Source: Eledone cirrhosa (taxonomy: Eukaryota). Taken from it: a DNA stretch of 64,000 nucleotides. Positions 1-12,769 of this stretch are shown in pieces. The notes beneath the pieces are model-generated. The model was not told the DNA's origin, made no database searches, and saw only the letters and a program-made list of their open reading frames with translations. The stretch is taken from the NCBI GenBank assembly GCA_964016885.1, contig OZ024757.1, positions 29,760,001 to 29,824,000 of the forward strand. The letters run 5' to 3'. Every line of letters starts with the position of its first letter. Positions within the stretch are counted from its first letter, which is position 1. A program made the position numbers and the translations under genes.

Positions 1-176
1 CTAATTTGTTGTAGAACTAACTTCCTACCGAACTCGTTCTAGGGACTGAGTGCTCTACTTACTACAGATATAACCTCCCGGTGTTTTGCCACTATATATA
101 TATATCCCCACCCTTTTAATGTCTTTCTACCACTCCACCTCATACCCTCAAAACTTTTTTCCTTCCCACTTTTCTC

Positions 177-207
177 CTGATGTAGGGCTTATGCCCGAAA
201 CATTGTC
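177..207 (+). ncRNA. degenerate hammerhead-like motif in a probable Penelope-like terminal repeat
   Basis: CTGATGTA-gggc/ttat/gccc-GAAA-cattg-TC. Stem II is perfect, but A9 is changed to T and no stem I partner is visible. The island ends in (TA)n at about 295. Confidence 0.4.
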
Positions 208-1204
208 TCTACCTCCACCGACCGCCCTCTCAAGCGTGAACCTAATGCAAACACTGTTTGTACTGCACTCTTCGTTATTGTTTTGTTTTTAATTTATATA
301 TATATGTATATATATATATATATATGACAGAAATATAAATATATGTTATATGATATGCGATATGAAGACGCGGAGTTTAGGGGTTAGTGAGTTTGGTTCG
401 CTGTCGTCACTTCGATTATCAGCGGGGTCTTAAGTCATTCAGCAGAATATATTATTTATTACTCGTTGGAGAAAATTAGTAATATCACAAATTTAATACT
501 CTTCACCGCCGCCGAATGTCAGGCTGAATTTTCTTGAGATCTATGTAAGAGTACACGTGTATCCGGAATTATATATATATATATATATATAATCTATAAA
601 CGTAATGAAGATATAACAAACCGTCCTTGTATTATTATACACACACACACACACACATTATATTTATATATATAAGTGTGTGTGTGTAATTAGTTACCTG
701 TCTATATGTATACACATACAACCTAAATTCCCGCCGTTGTTATAAAACTTCTTAATAAAAAAAACCGTGGGAATTTATGTTAGAACCCAATGTGTATTTA
801 TATATATATATATATATATATATTGCCATATATACATATATAGCCACACACACACACAATAGGGAATATATTGGTATTCAGATTACTTTAAGGCAATAAT
901 GCAGTAATCGGAAAGTCTCTAAAAGTAAAATAGTCACGCTTGACAGACTTTTCATCTAAAAACTGATTAGTTAATGAGTCAATCTGTGGACGCTAGTGCA
1001 GAACATATTAGCTAGAACTATCTAGAAGCAATCTACTTAGACACTTTCTTTACTCTTCTTTATAATAGGCAATTATCATACACATTATCGCTATATTTAG
1101 AATTGCTGCATGTTTCGGCAAATACTACTACTACTTCAACTACTACTATTGCTATTTCTACTACAGCCACTGCTACTTCTTTTGCTACTACCATTACTAA
1201 TAAT

Positions 1205-1510
1205 TGTTTCTACTTTTGTCACAAGGCCAGCAATTATACCAGTGTATTACTGGTACTTTATTTTATCGACCCCGTAAGGATGAAAGGCAAAGTTAACCTC
1301 GGCGGGATTGCTAATAATGATTTCTTATATAGGCACAAGGCCAGCAATTTTGAGGGAGGGGAAAGTCGATTAAATTGACCCCAGTGCCTGACTGGTACTT
1401 TATTTTATCGACCGCATAAGGATGAAAGGCAAAGCTAACCTCGCCGGGATTTTAACTCAGAACGTAAAAAGCCGTAACTCTATGCCCCGAAGCATGTTGT
1501 CCGGCGCCCT
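1205..1510 (-). mobile_element. two tandem copies of tRNA-derived SINE family A (Meta/Sauria-like central domain)
   Basis: Minus strand shows a B-box-like gagttaaaatccc followed by tttgcctttcatccttacggggtcgataaaataaagtaccag and a ggccttgtg...tagaaac tail. The same motif recurs many times in the window. Confidence 0.85.
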
Positions 1511-1664
1511 CCAACAACAAAGAAGAATGAGGACAAAAATGTCAGGAACGTTTCAAAATTTTCGAGCTAAAGTACAGAATTTCAAGGACTGATCCTCGAC
1601 GCACAAGACGAAGAATTTGGTTTGGGAAGAAAATCGATTAATTCAACTAGTAATTTATTTTAGA

Positions 1665-2790
1665 AACAGGCAAAGACAACCGGCAGGAGATCTAGAGGTA
1701 CAACATGTACAAGATGGTTGGATAACATCCATAAGCACGATTGGTCTAGCTTTGGAATCCAGTCGGATCATTTGGAGACGATTGCTTCTGATTTATACCT
1801 GCTGGAAATGCGTGGTCGATAATTTTGCACACACACACACACCCCTGACACACACAACCCTCTGAAGAAGAAGTGGTCAAAGAAGAAGACCCTCGGGAAA
1901 TTGAATGGTAAATTATAAAGCTCGGCAGGATTTGAACACGGAGCCTAAAGAGAAAGAGCCGGCACTACAAATGCTCTAACGATACTGCCCAATCAACAAA
2001 CAAAATACAAAATAAAATAGAAATAGAACAAATATTGTACAAGATGGTTGGATAACATCCATAAGCTCGATTGGTTTCGCTTCGGGATCCAGCCGAATCA
2101 TTTGGAGACGGTTGCTTTTCACATGATCCGCTGAAAATGCATGGTCGAGAATTCTGTCGCTCCTCCTTAACCCTCAGAAGATTAAGTGATCAAAGAAGAA
2201 GAAGACCCTCGGGAAATTGAATGGTAAAGTAAACCTCGGCAGGATTTGAACTCGGAGCCTAAAGTGAAAGAGCCGGCACTACAAATGCTCTATGATACTG
2301 CTAATCAACGAAAAAAATACAAAATCAAAAGGAAATAGAACAAAGTATGTACAAGATGGTTGGATAACATTTATAAGCTCCATTGGTCTCGCTTCGGGAT
2401 CAAGCCGGATCATTTGGAGACGGTTGATATTGACATATACCCACTGGAAATGTGTGATCGAGAAATCTGAACCCTCTGGAGAATAAGTGTTCAAAGAAGA
2501 ACAAGACCCTCTGGAAATTGAATGGTAAAGTACACCTCGGCAGGATTTGAACTCGGAACCTAAAGACAATGAGCCGGCACAAGTACACTAACGATACTGC
2601 TAATCAAATTCTGTCACCACCACCACGCCAACTCTTTAGATAATAAGTGGTCAAATAAAAAGACCCTCGGGGGAAATTGAATGGTAAAGTAAACCTCGGT
2701 AGGATTTGAACTCGGAGACAAAAGAGAAAGAACCGACACAGCAAGTATTCTAATGATACTGCTAATCAACCTAAAAAATAATCAAAATCA
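1665..2790. repeat. tandem array of about 3.5 units of ~300 bp, each an RTE LINE 3' end (+) fused to a SINE-A head (-)
   Basis: The + strand translates to (TTGRRSRGTTC)TRWLDNIHKxxWxxFGIQPxHLETVA, followed by an aagaagaag tail and then a reverse SINE head (ctcggcaggatttgaactc...gatactgc). Units start near 1700, 2036 and 2348; the fourth is truncated at about 2610. Confidence 0.8.
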
Positions 2791-3091
2791 AAATAAAATT
2801 TTAAAAAATTAGAACAAATCTTGTTTGGACGTAGTTGTAAATACTAAGGAAGACATTAAAATAAAAAAAAGAACGTGTCAGAAAATTTACATCTCCAAGT
2901 ATTTTATACGAAAAATCTTGCAGTGTTTTATAGGAAAGGAAATGTCACTGCGATACGGCAATTATTTCTCTAATTCTTACATGTTTCTCTTTAGATTTGC
3001 CAACATAATAACACAATGAATAAAATATAAATTCGAAATCTATTTTATGTTGTTGATAGGTTTTTGTGATAAAAACTACACACGTACTCAC

Positions 3092-3095
<4 letters not shown>

Positions 3096-3143
<48 letters not shown>

Positions 3144-3215
3144 AAGAGAGAGGTATGTATGTATGTACATATTCATACACACATTTATATGCACATTCAT
3201 ACACAAATACATATG

Positions 3216-3258
<43 letters not shown>

Positions 3259-3496
3259 GCATATATATACACATACAAATATATATCCATTTATATGCAC
3301 ACACACAAATACACACGTATACACATACATATATTCATACATTTACACACATCTACACATACACACACATTCATACATACACACAAACATACATACATAT
3401 ATACATATATTTACACACGTCTACAAATACATACACACACAATCATACATATATTCATATATTTACACACATCTACACACACATACATACATACAC
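3096..3496. repeat. (TA)n/(TACA)n/(CA)n compound microsatellite
   Basis: Direct inspection. Confidence 0.95.
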
Positions 3497-4371
3497 AATG
3501 GATAAACAACAAAACCAACACGCATCTGTTCCTCGGAAATAATAATAATGGAAGAAGGTAGAGGTGGATGGAAGTAGACAAATGTTAACATATGTAGTTA
3601 TCTCCCATTTATATGTCTAACTCTCTACGGCTGCTCTTTATGACTTTATTGGAAACACGATTTAGCTTTTGTATCTGTTTGCATTTTTGCTCTTTTTCTT
3701 TTTGGTATATTTTATTCTTCTTTTATGCTTTTGTCTTTCTACGTAGAATTTCTGATGTGTATTTTCTTTGTTTTGTTTCATTCAGTTATAAATGAGGTGA
3801 TACATTACATTTAAGTTTCATTTAAATGAATATTTGTCGCTGTTGATTCGCTGCCAACTCAATGATAACATAATACTACATACGAGCCTTTTGTGTGCGT
3901 GTGTGCGTGAGTGCGCGTGTGTGCGCGTGTGTGCGCGTGTGTGCGCGTGCGCGTGTGTGCGTGTGTGCGTGTGTGTGTTCATTCTCCTTCTCCTCTTTCA
4001 CTTGTCTAAAATAAATGTAACGCAATTTAAAATATATTTTATTTTCACTATTATTTTATTAGTGTATTATAATTTAAAATAAACTATGATTTTTAAAAAT
4101 GTTATATAGTTTTATTTTTTATTTTTATTTATTTATCTATTTACTATCATTGTTATAACCATTATTATTATCATCATCATCGTCTTCGTTATTAGTGGCT
4201 TCTTCTGCTGATGTGTACGTCCATTGACACTATAACAGGATTTTCTGTCAGCTACAATACGGTTAGGGAAATTAGAAAGAAATCAAACGATAATAACAGA
4301 GCGTCTGTATTTATTGCATATTACTTTGTAACTTGTTGACAGAATCTAACAATAATAATAGTAACAATAAC

Positions 4372-4780
4372 GGTTTCTACTATAAACACATGACCAGCAA
4401 TTTTGCGGGAGGAGAAAGTCGATTATATCGACCCTAGTACATTACTGGTACTTTATTTTATCGACCCCGTACGGATGGAAAGCAAAGCAAACCTCGGTGA
4501 AATTTGAACTCAGAACATAAAGGGTCGTAACTATGCTTCAAAGCATGTCTGACGCTCTAACGATATTCCAATCCCCTACCCTTATATGATAATATTAATA
4601 ATTGTTTCTATTTTAGGCACAAGGCCAGCAATTAACCAGTACATTACTGGTACTTTGTTTTTTTATCGACCCCGTAAGGATGAAAGGCAAAGTTAACCTC
4701 GGCAGTATTTGAACTCAGATCGTAAAGGGACGTAACTGTGCTGGAAAGCATGGCGTCCGACCCTCTACCGATACTGCCAA
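4372..4780 (-). mobile_element. two tandem SINE family A copies
   Basis: Each copy has ctggtactttattttatcgaccccgta.ggatg.aa.gcaaag..aacctcgg...atttgaactcaga. Confidence 0.85.
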
Positions 4781-4867
4781 ATAATGATTTCTACTTTAAG
4801 CACAAGACAGCAATTTGTAGGGGAGAGAAAGTCGATTAAATTGATACCAGTGCGTTACTGGTAGTTT

Positions 4868-5175
4868 GAAGGCGCGTGGCTTTGTGGTTAGGGTATTCAG
4901 CTCACAATCGTAAGGACGGGAGTTCGATTCCCGTCGGTGCGTTGTATCCTTGAGCAAGACAATTTATTTCACGTTGCTCCATTCCATTCCAAGATGAGTT
5001 GTACCTGTAATTCGCAGAGCCAGCCTTGTCACATTCTGTGTCACGCTGAATCTCCCTGAAACGCGTGTCTGTGGAAATGCTCAGCCACTTGCACGCTAAT
5101 TTCACGTGCAGGCTGTTCCGTTGATCAGATCAACTGGAACACTCCTCGTCGTAACCGACGGAGTGCCAGAAAAAA
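4868..5175 (+). mobile_element. full-length tRNA-derived CORE-type SINE family B nested in a SINE-A copy
   Basis: Head gaaggcgcgtggctttgtggttagg...gagttcgattcc (A/B boxes), CORE-like tgtatccttgagcaagacaatttatttcac, and tail gtaaccgacggagtgccagaaaaa. TSD actggtagttt at 4857-4867 and 5176-5186. Confidence 0.9.
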
Positions 5176-5715
5176 ACTGGTAGTTTATTTAATCGACTCC
5201 ATAAGGATGAAAGGTAAAACTAACCTCGGTAGGATTTGAACTCAATTAATTACAGCGAATAATGTTGTCCAACCTTTTACAGATACTGCTAATCCACCGC
5301 TCAATAGAATAAATAGTTTTTATTTATTTATTAAAATATGGCTCAGGTGTTTCTAGAGCCAGCCTTGTCACATCCTGTGTCACACTGAATCTCCCTGAGA
5401 ACTACGTAAAGAGTACGCGTGTCTGTGGAATGTTCAGCTACTTACACGTTAATTTCACGAGCAGGCTATTCCGTTGATCGGATCAACTGGAACACCACTC
5501 GTCGTAACCGACGGAATACCAGAAAGAAACTGGACGAAAGGTAAAACTAACCTAGGCATGATCTGAACTCAGAATTAAATACAGTGAAGAATTTTGTCGA
5601 ACCTTTTACAGATATTTATAATCCACCGCTCAATAGAATAAATAGTTTTTATTTATTTATTCATTCCTTAAGGTGGTGGAATAAATGAATAATTTGTTTT
5701 AAAATATGGCTCAGA
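5015..5715. repeat. local tandem duplication of ~350 bp (SINE-B tail, SINE-A remnant and flank)
   Basis: agccagccttgtcaca...aaaatatggctcag occurs at about 5018-5345 and again at about 5357-5714. Confidence 0.8.
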
Positions 5716-6249
5716 AGGTGTTTCTAGAGGCAGAGCATGTTAGGTGACATTACAACAACTATATGCATGTATTTTATAGAGGAAATTATTGATTTCTGGA
5801 AAGCAATAGCAAATAGCAGGTTCCAATACATAGCAGTAGAGGAGGTAACATTGTTCTCTACGACGTCGTAGTGAAAACAATGTATTGCACCTTTCAGTGA
5901 CATTTCTGTCACATATTGGCATAGCAGCTAGGAATTAATGCAAAATGTTATACACTCTTCCATATTGTATCGATTACATTCCCAGCTGAAGGAAAATTAT
6001 ATGTCGATATTTCAGTATTGATATTTTCGAAGGTGGCAGAGTTAGTAGATATGCTAAATTATTCCTCATACTAAATGTATTATTAGTCCATTTATGTCGT
6101 AGATCCTCCGTAGTTATCGACTATGCAAATTCCAGTTGTTGGTTCAAGTAAATTACCAACACGTTAAGCTTACATATAAGTGGCTCAGTATTCCACAGAT
6201 ATTGCATACCTATACCTATAACGCAATTCTGAGACAGTTTGAACGTGAT

Positions 6250-6969
6250 ATGAGGGTCGGTTTAAAAGTCTCTAAGCTGACCAAGATACTCTCATGGAAG
6301 GACCAAAATGAGGTTTACTTTATAAATAAAGTCAGATATGTTCAATATATATGTACGAAGGTCAGCAGAAAAGTTCTGTTCAGAGGCTGACAAATAAACT
6401 CTCATGGAATGGCCAAATGAGGTTTATGTTTCAACGTAGTCCCTGGAAAGTAACAGTCCAGTTTTTAGGGGCCAGCTGTATATTAGATAATTAGTTTGTG
6501 AATATGAAGAGACAGGCGTTCTACATATATATGCAGTGCAATAAATAAATTTAGGCATTCTATATATATATACTATATTAAACAATAAATTTATAAATTT
6601 ACTAAGACAGATATGTTCAGCATATATGTACGAAGGTCAGCTGAAAAGTTCTCTTCATAGGCTGACCAAAATACTGTCATGGAATGACCAAATGAGGTTT
6701 ATTTTTCAACATAATTTCAATGCAGTTATTAATAAGAAGAGTTGAAATCAATGCATGCAAAATGTCACAACTCTAGCATTACTCCTTCATAGGCTGACCA
6801 AGATACTCTCATGGAATGATCAAATAAGGTCTATTTTTCAACAGAGTTCCTAGAAAGAAACAATGCAGTTATTAATAAAAAGATTTGCAATTAATGCATG
6901 CAAGATTTCATAGCCCTAGCATGACTCCTTCATAGTCAGCCTATGAAATTTTCAGTTGACCCTCGTCTA
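6250..6969. mobile_element. cluster of Tc1/mariner-type MITE ends
   Basis: Left end ta(c/t)ga(a/g)ggtc(a/g)g...aaaagt...gctgac recurs near 6250, 6354 and 6629, with a partial copy near 6787. The complementary right end gtcagcctatgaaattttcagttgaccctcgtcta lies at about 6934-6969. TA-flanked cgaggg termini are typical of mariner. Confidence 0.65.
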
Positions 6970-8194
6970 ATGCCTGATAAGGCTGAGCCTTTGAATTACA
7001 TTTACAATCCATCTAATTGACTTCAGCACATTTTTCGTCTAAACCCATTCCGTTTACAATTGTATTGATATTTTTGAAGGTGGCAGGGTTAATAGAAATG
7101 TCTCTACTCTATGTCGTTGATCCGCCTTAGCTATCGACAATACACAATTTAGTTGTATCGAGCTCGGACGAATGAAAGGCAATGTTAACTTCAGTGAGAT
7201 TTGAACTCAGAATCTAAAAATTCCGATCAAATACCACAATCGTATTTTTATCTGACGCTCAAACAATTCTGTTAATCCAGCACCATCTGAACATTATAGG
7301 ACTGAACATTAACCACAAAATATCATCAAGGTTACGGGCTTGTGCACCCATTATTGGTTATTATGATCCTGAAAAGGGGTGATTGCCAAATCGGTAGAAC
7401 AACTATGCTGACAGGATCGATCATTCACTCCAGCATTCTACGGTCTATAAATTAAGATCCAATCTTTTATTGGCATGGATTAATCGACTGTTTGTTTCTC
7501 CTAAAATATGTAGCCCTGTGTCTAATTGAAATTTTTATAAGGAGCATAAAACAAATTTATCGATATTTTGTTTCGGGGGGAAAAAATTGATTTTATTATT
7601 ATTTTTGATATTTAGACAAGTTTATCGCTAAAATCTGACATTTGGCAATGTTCGTGTCTTGCTAAAAAGTTCATTAGTAATTCGTCACATGCTGTTTTCT
7701 TTTCACAAGGAAAAATGTCAATATTGATTTTCAACTTAGACACAAGGCCGCACATTTTGTGACAAGAGAGTTTGCGAACTTCACTGCTATTTTGAACTCA
7801 GATTGTAAAGTGGCTTAATAAACAAAATATCAGATATGATTTAGCCCAACATACTTTATTTGTAACCTTCGGTACTAATCATAATTCTAATTAGTTTTAC
7901 TATAATTTGCCACCTGAATCTATACGCAATATAATATATTCAAATGTTTTGTTAACATACAAGCATGGACACAACAAAGTTATATAAAATTGTAGGAAGG
8001 AGCAAAATCGTTAGAAATATATTAAGTCATTTCTTTTAATTACACATTTACACAGTCCTGTCCTCCCCTCTTTAACCCTTTCCTTTCCATATTTCTACAC
8101 TGCCTGTAATTTTCGAATAATTTTGAAACTAGTCAATAATTTGGAATTAATTTGTAATATGACTTTCTCGTTAATACGCCGGTGTTTAGAATGT

Positions 8195-8482
8195 TGTGAG
8201 TTCAAATTCCGTCGAGGTCAACGTTGCCCTTCATCCTTCTGTGGTCGATAAAATAATGGTTTCTGATCTAGACACAAGACCAATAAATTTGGGGAAGGGA
8301 TGTCGATTAAATCGACCCACTATATTTTATCGATCCCGTAAGGATGAAAGGCAAAGCTAGCCTCAGCGGAATTTGAACTCAGAACGTAAAGGGGCGTGTA
8401 CGACGCTCTACCGATATTGCTAATCCAGTTAAGTACTTTCCTCCAAACTACTGATCTTGTGCCAATGTTAGAAACAATTATT
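8195..8482. mobile_element. SINE-A fragments in both orientations
   Basis: gagttcaaattccgtcgaggtcaacgttgcccttcatcc on + followed by a reverse copy. Confidence 0.8.
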
Positions 8483-8899
8483 AAGCTGTTGTTTGGAACA
8501 TAACTAAACAAAGGTTCTTACATAGAATTCTGATAGGAGGTATTTAGATAGATATAAACACTTTAAACGAAGACATTTTTTATCGTTGAACTGTGTGTGG
8601 TTTAAAAGGGCTTTGTCAAAACATGGTTAATCAACACACTGACACATGATTAATCTTTACATTGTTCATTTTCTCGCGCAAAACCACGAAGGTCATGACA
8701 TTCTGGGCAGAGGTGATCTCTTTCTTAGATTTACACTCCTTCTGTTTGGAATTATTGGTTTTCTTCTGTTATCGTAAGACGAAGACGGGAATAAAACTAA
8801 AAAAGAGGAGAGTCAACGCTTTCTTGGTCTTCTGAGGGCGAGAGGAGTTTTTCATTCATGCTTAAAGCGGTAACTGGTGGATGTTTGGAAACAACAATT

Positions 8900-9145
8900 T
8901 ATATGGTCTACTGTTGTCTCCACATCTGCTCTTCTCTCCTTTCTTTCTCGAGTCCTTCTGGAGAGCAAGTCCTCAAATGGCCGTATTTGATATACACGTG
9001 TAGAAGCGAAGACTTCTGCCTTGCATGGCCAATTACATTTTTCATTTCATTCTGCTCTCCCGACATTTCACTGATCCAGTAAAAGTTCTCTGGCCTTTGG
9101 GAGTCACCACAACTTTCATACCTATTTTGACCTTGCATAGGCTCT
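8900..9145 (-). pseudogene. possible degenerate LINE ORF1 (gag-like zinc knuckle) remnant
   Basis: With a frameshift, the minus strand gives QGRSLRFYTC / IKYGHLRTCSP, resembling a GR-x-x-C-x2-C-x3-GH-x4-CP knuckle, followed by a charged stretch. Confidence 0.3.
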
Positions 9146-9844
9146 TTGAATCAAATTCCACAGACAAGGTATAGTTAAAACCGGATCACAAGTACACGAC
9201 ACTTTCCAAAGGTGACGCGCAGTGGGATTAAACTCAAAACATCATATTTACAGTTCGAAATACTTTATCTTACGACATGGCTATACTTAGGTTTATATCG
9301 GTTAGTTTTAATTAGATTCTCACTGTTTGAGAATTCAGTAATGATCGTTCATAGTAATTTGTAAATTAATCATGACTGCTTTTGAGAAGCCAAACCCGTG
9401 CAGTGTGATGTAGATTAGATTTGTAAATTCATTTATTCAAATAAGCACGCTGTCGATAGCGCCTCTACGTGGCAATTTAGCTTGCCAGAAACCACCCTCA
9501 AATCACACATACAATCACACATACAAACACACACTCACACAGTTGTAAGAAGAGAGAGGAAATATATTTTATAATGTGGTCTCAGATTATATACGTTTAC
9601 GACACGATCACGACGTCAACACATTTGATCATAGGTTTGCTGAATTGTGGCTGATAAACGATAACTTCACCACCACCACCAACAACACAAACAACAACAC
9701 GAGCAACACGTATAGTGTGTTCTATAATCTCAGTTTTCAAATATAAAAGCTTGATTTTCTTAGGGATCTGAAATATTCTCCATTAAGTAATTCGGTGGTT
9801 TCATGTCGAGAAATTAGTTTTGGCCGACGGCAGCTTGTATTGTG

Positions 9845-10060
9845 GACTGGCAGTATCGGTAGAGCGCCGGACACCATGCTTTGCAGAAAAGGGTTACCGC
9901 CTTTTTACGGTTTCAGTTCAAATCCCGCCGAAGTTAGCTTTACCTTTCATCCTTACGGGGTCGATAAAATAAAGTACCAGTAATACACTGTGCTCGAGTA
10001 ACTCAATTTTCCCCTTCCAAAACATTGTTGGCCTTGTGCCTAAATCAGAAACTATTATTC
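9845..10060 (+). mobile_element. SINE family A, near full length
   Basis: tggcagtatcggtagagcgccgg...gttcaaatcccgccgaagttagctttacctttcatccttacggggtcgataaaataaagtaccag...ggccttgtgcc. Confidence 0.9.
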
Positions 10061-10702
10061 AGTCATGTAAGGGTGGTGGATTGGCAGTATCGGTGGAGAG
10101 TCGGAGAGTGGGATTGTAGAAGTAAATTAACCCAGCGATGGACTGACTTTCTGTCTAGGAGGAAGTCTTGTACTCTCAGTCGCTTCACGCATTGAAACCG
10201 GGATAAGCAGCGGCCTAACGAGCCTTCTGGTTTAAGACGGACTTAGTTTCAAGGTGTCTTTTTTCTCTCCTTTTCAGAGAATCCAGAGAGAGCGAAACAT
10301 TTTGTAAAAATTAATTTAAATCGTTTACACTGCAGCGTGGACCAAGTCCAGTAGCTGCTGTGAAATTTAAACAAACTTGTTTGCCAGTTGATTGATAGGT
10401 GTGATTTGTGAATGTGTTATGAGGATAGTTTGCTTAATGCTGTAGCGAAAGAAAATTGAATATAATTGGACATGTGTGTGACACGATAGAAATCTAATGA
10501 GGAATGTGAAATAGCCATGAAACTAATACCTTGGAGGAAATAAGCTATTGGATAGATGGTTATTAAATCTGAACTGCCACATTTAGACAGCTGATGCAAC
10601 ATTGTCGAGTGGTTCACTTTACAATTATGTTCCCTGGTTCGATCCCACTGTACGGCAGCAACTTGGGAAATTGTCATTTTATAGTAAGATAAGGTATCGA
10701 TA

Positions 10703-10892
10703 ATTGTTTCTACTTTTGGCACAAGGCCAGCAATTATCCCAATTTATTACTGGTACTTTATTTTATCGACCCCGTAAGGATGAAAGGCAAAGTTAACCTC
10801 GGCAGGATTTGAACTCAGACCATAAAGGGACGTAACTATGTGGGAAAGCATGGCGTCCGATCCTCTACCGATACTGCCAATCCACCGCCCTT
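10703..10892 (-). mobile_element. SINE family A, full length
   Basis: Close match to the other family A copies. Confidence 0.9.
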
Positions 10893-11842
10893 GGGTTGTA
10901 GCTATAATGTATGATAGGAATGTATCTTTATGATAAGTCAAATTCACTCGTTATCTTTCTAGGGTTGATAAGATAAATGACCAAAGTCTGGTATCTATTT
11001 AATTGATTTTCCCTTCCTCCAATATATCACTGGAGACCGAGGGAGACCGAGGTCGATACATGTTGATGCCCTAAGGAGTTTTCCCTCCCACCAAATTACT
11101 GGCCTTATGCCTATACTAGAAATCACTGTTTTTAATACCACTTGTCATGGAACATGAGGTTTGTATACGAAATGAAGTCTCACTTTTCACTTTTACACAT
11201 CAGCAGCAATGTAACATTACGTATCAATAATTCAAAAGAACGAAAACCAGCGTTTGGAAAGGTCGATAAATAAAGTACCAGCTAAGTACCGAGTTCAATC
11301 GAAATTTCCCACTCCCAAAACTTTTCTAGCCTTGTGCCTATAAAAGAAATCGTCATCTTCGTCATCATCATCATCATCGTCATCATCGACAAAAGTTTTA
11401 ATACCAATCATGTTGGAACCGGAGGTGGGGGGGGTGAAAACCGAGGAAAAGAGGAAAACTTTTCGCTTTTCGATTATACACAGCAGCTACGAAGCAGTGC
11501 GTATCAATAATTCAAAAGAATGAAAATCAGTATATAGAAGAAATTTTAATGTAAACACACCGAACCAGTGTTATGTATTCATATGATTTATTCAACACTC
11601 TGTAATGGCATTCTCCCGATTACGATTCGCAAGATAGAACTGAATACCAACACATTCTATGGAGTCGGTGTTGATTAAAAATGTAAAGCCCCAGGTGAGT
11701 ATTTCGCAGATAAATAGCTAAATGAAAATCTCTCAAGATAAATCTATACATCAATGATCCTCTGACATCCTCTGTAGTCTACCTGCATTCCTTTCTTCCT
11801 TCCTTCCTCCCTCTCCGTCTCTTTCTTTCTCTTTCTCTCGGT

Positions 11843-11943
11843 TATATATATGTGTGTGTGTATGTGCGCCCGTGTATGACTGTGCATGTATGAATCTCAT
11901 ATATATATATAGTGTATGTGTGTGTATGTGTGTGTATGTGTAT

Positions 11944-11984
<41 letters not shown>

Positions 11985-12616
11985 CGTGCGTGTGTGTGTG
12001 TGTGTGCGTGTGTGTGTGTGTATCTATATCGTAATCAATATTTATCGATATCTCGGTATTTATACCTAAATATATATAAATATATATATAAATGTATATA
12101 TATATATTTATATATATAAATGTATATATATATATATTGATATATATAAATATATATAAATGTATATATATATATATAAATGTATATATATAGATATAAA
12201 TATATATAAATGTATATATATATATAAATGTATATATATATATTTCGTTTCTGAATTTGTTTAGCAAGATTCTTTATCTGAAATCGTGTGTTGAAACCGA
12301 TATTGTTATACTTATTGGCAACATGACCCTCCCAAAGTATAACAATATATATATATAAATGTATATATAAATGTATATATATCTATAAATATATATAAAT
12401 GTATATATATATATAAATGTATATATATATATATATATATTTATATACATAAATATATATATTTATATATAAATGTATATATATATATTTATATTTATAT
12501 ATGTAAATATATATATTTATATAAATTAATATACATTTATATATAAATATATATATTTATATATAAATGTATATATATATATATTTATATAAATATATAT
12601 ATATTTATATATACAT

Positions 12617-12647
<31 letters not shown>

Positions 12648-12710
12648 TAAATATATATATATATATTTATATATACATATATAAATATATATATATATAC
12701 ATATATAAAT
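11843..12710. repeat. (TG)n/(TA)n microsatellite field with a ~105-bp inverted-end island at 12243-12348
   Basis: The island contains the inverted arms atattgttatactt...aagtataacaatat. Its 3' part is nearly identical to 51792-51828. Confidence 0.85.
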
Positions 12711-12769
12711 GAATATTCTAACGTCAGAATATTCATCCACAATTATTATTTTTTTCTCTCTATCTTCAT

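Noticed and set aside
4868-4945. tRNA genes at SINE heads
   Set aside because: A/B boxes are present, but there is no intact acceptor stem and each head continues into a SINE body.
5780-5850. Possible small exon (ag|...EIIDFWKAIANSRFQYIAVEE|gt)
   Set aside because: Weak polypyrimidine tract, no recognisable homology and no partner exons.
10255-11700. Strong-looking acceptor (ttttctctccttttcag, about 10277) and donor (cag|gtgagt, about 11694)
   Set aside because: All frames after the acceptor stop quickly. They cannot be linked into a gene model without RNA data.
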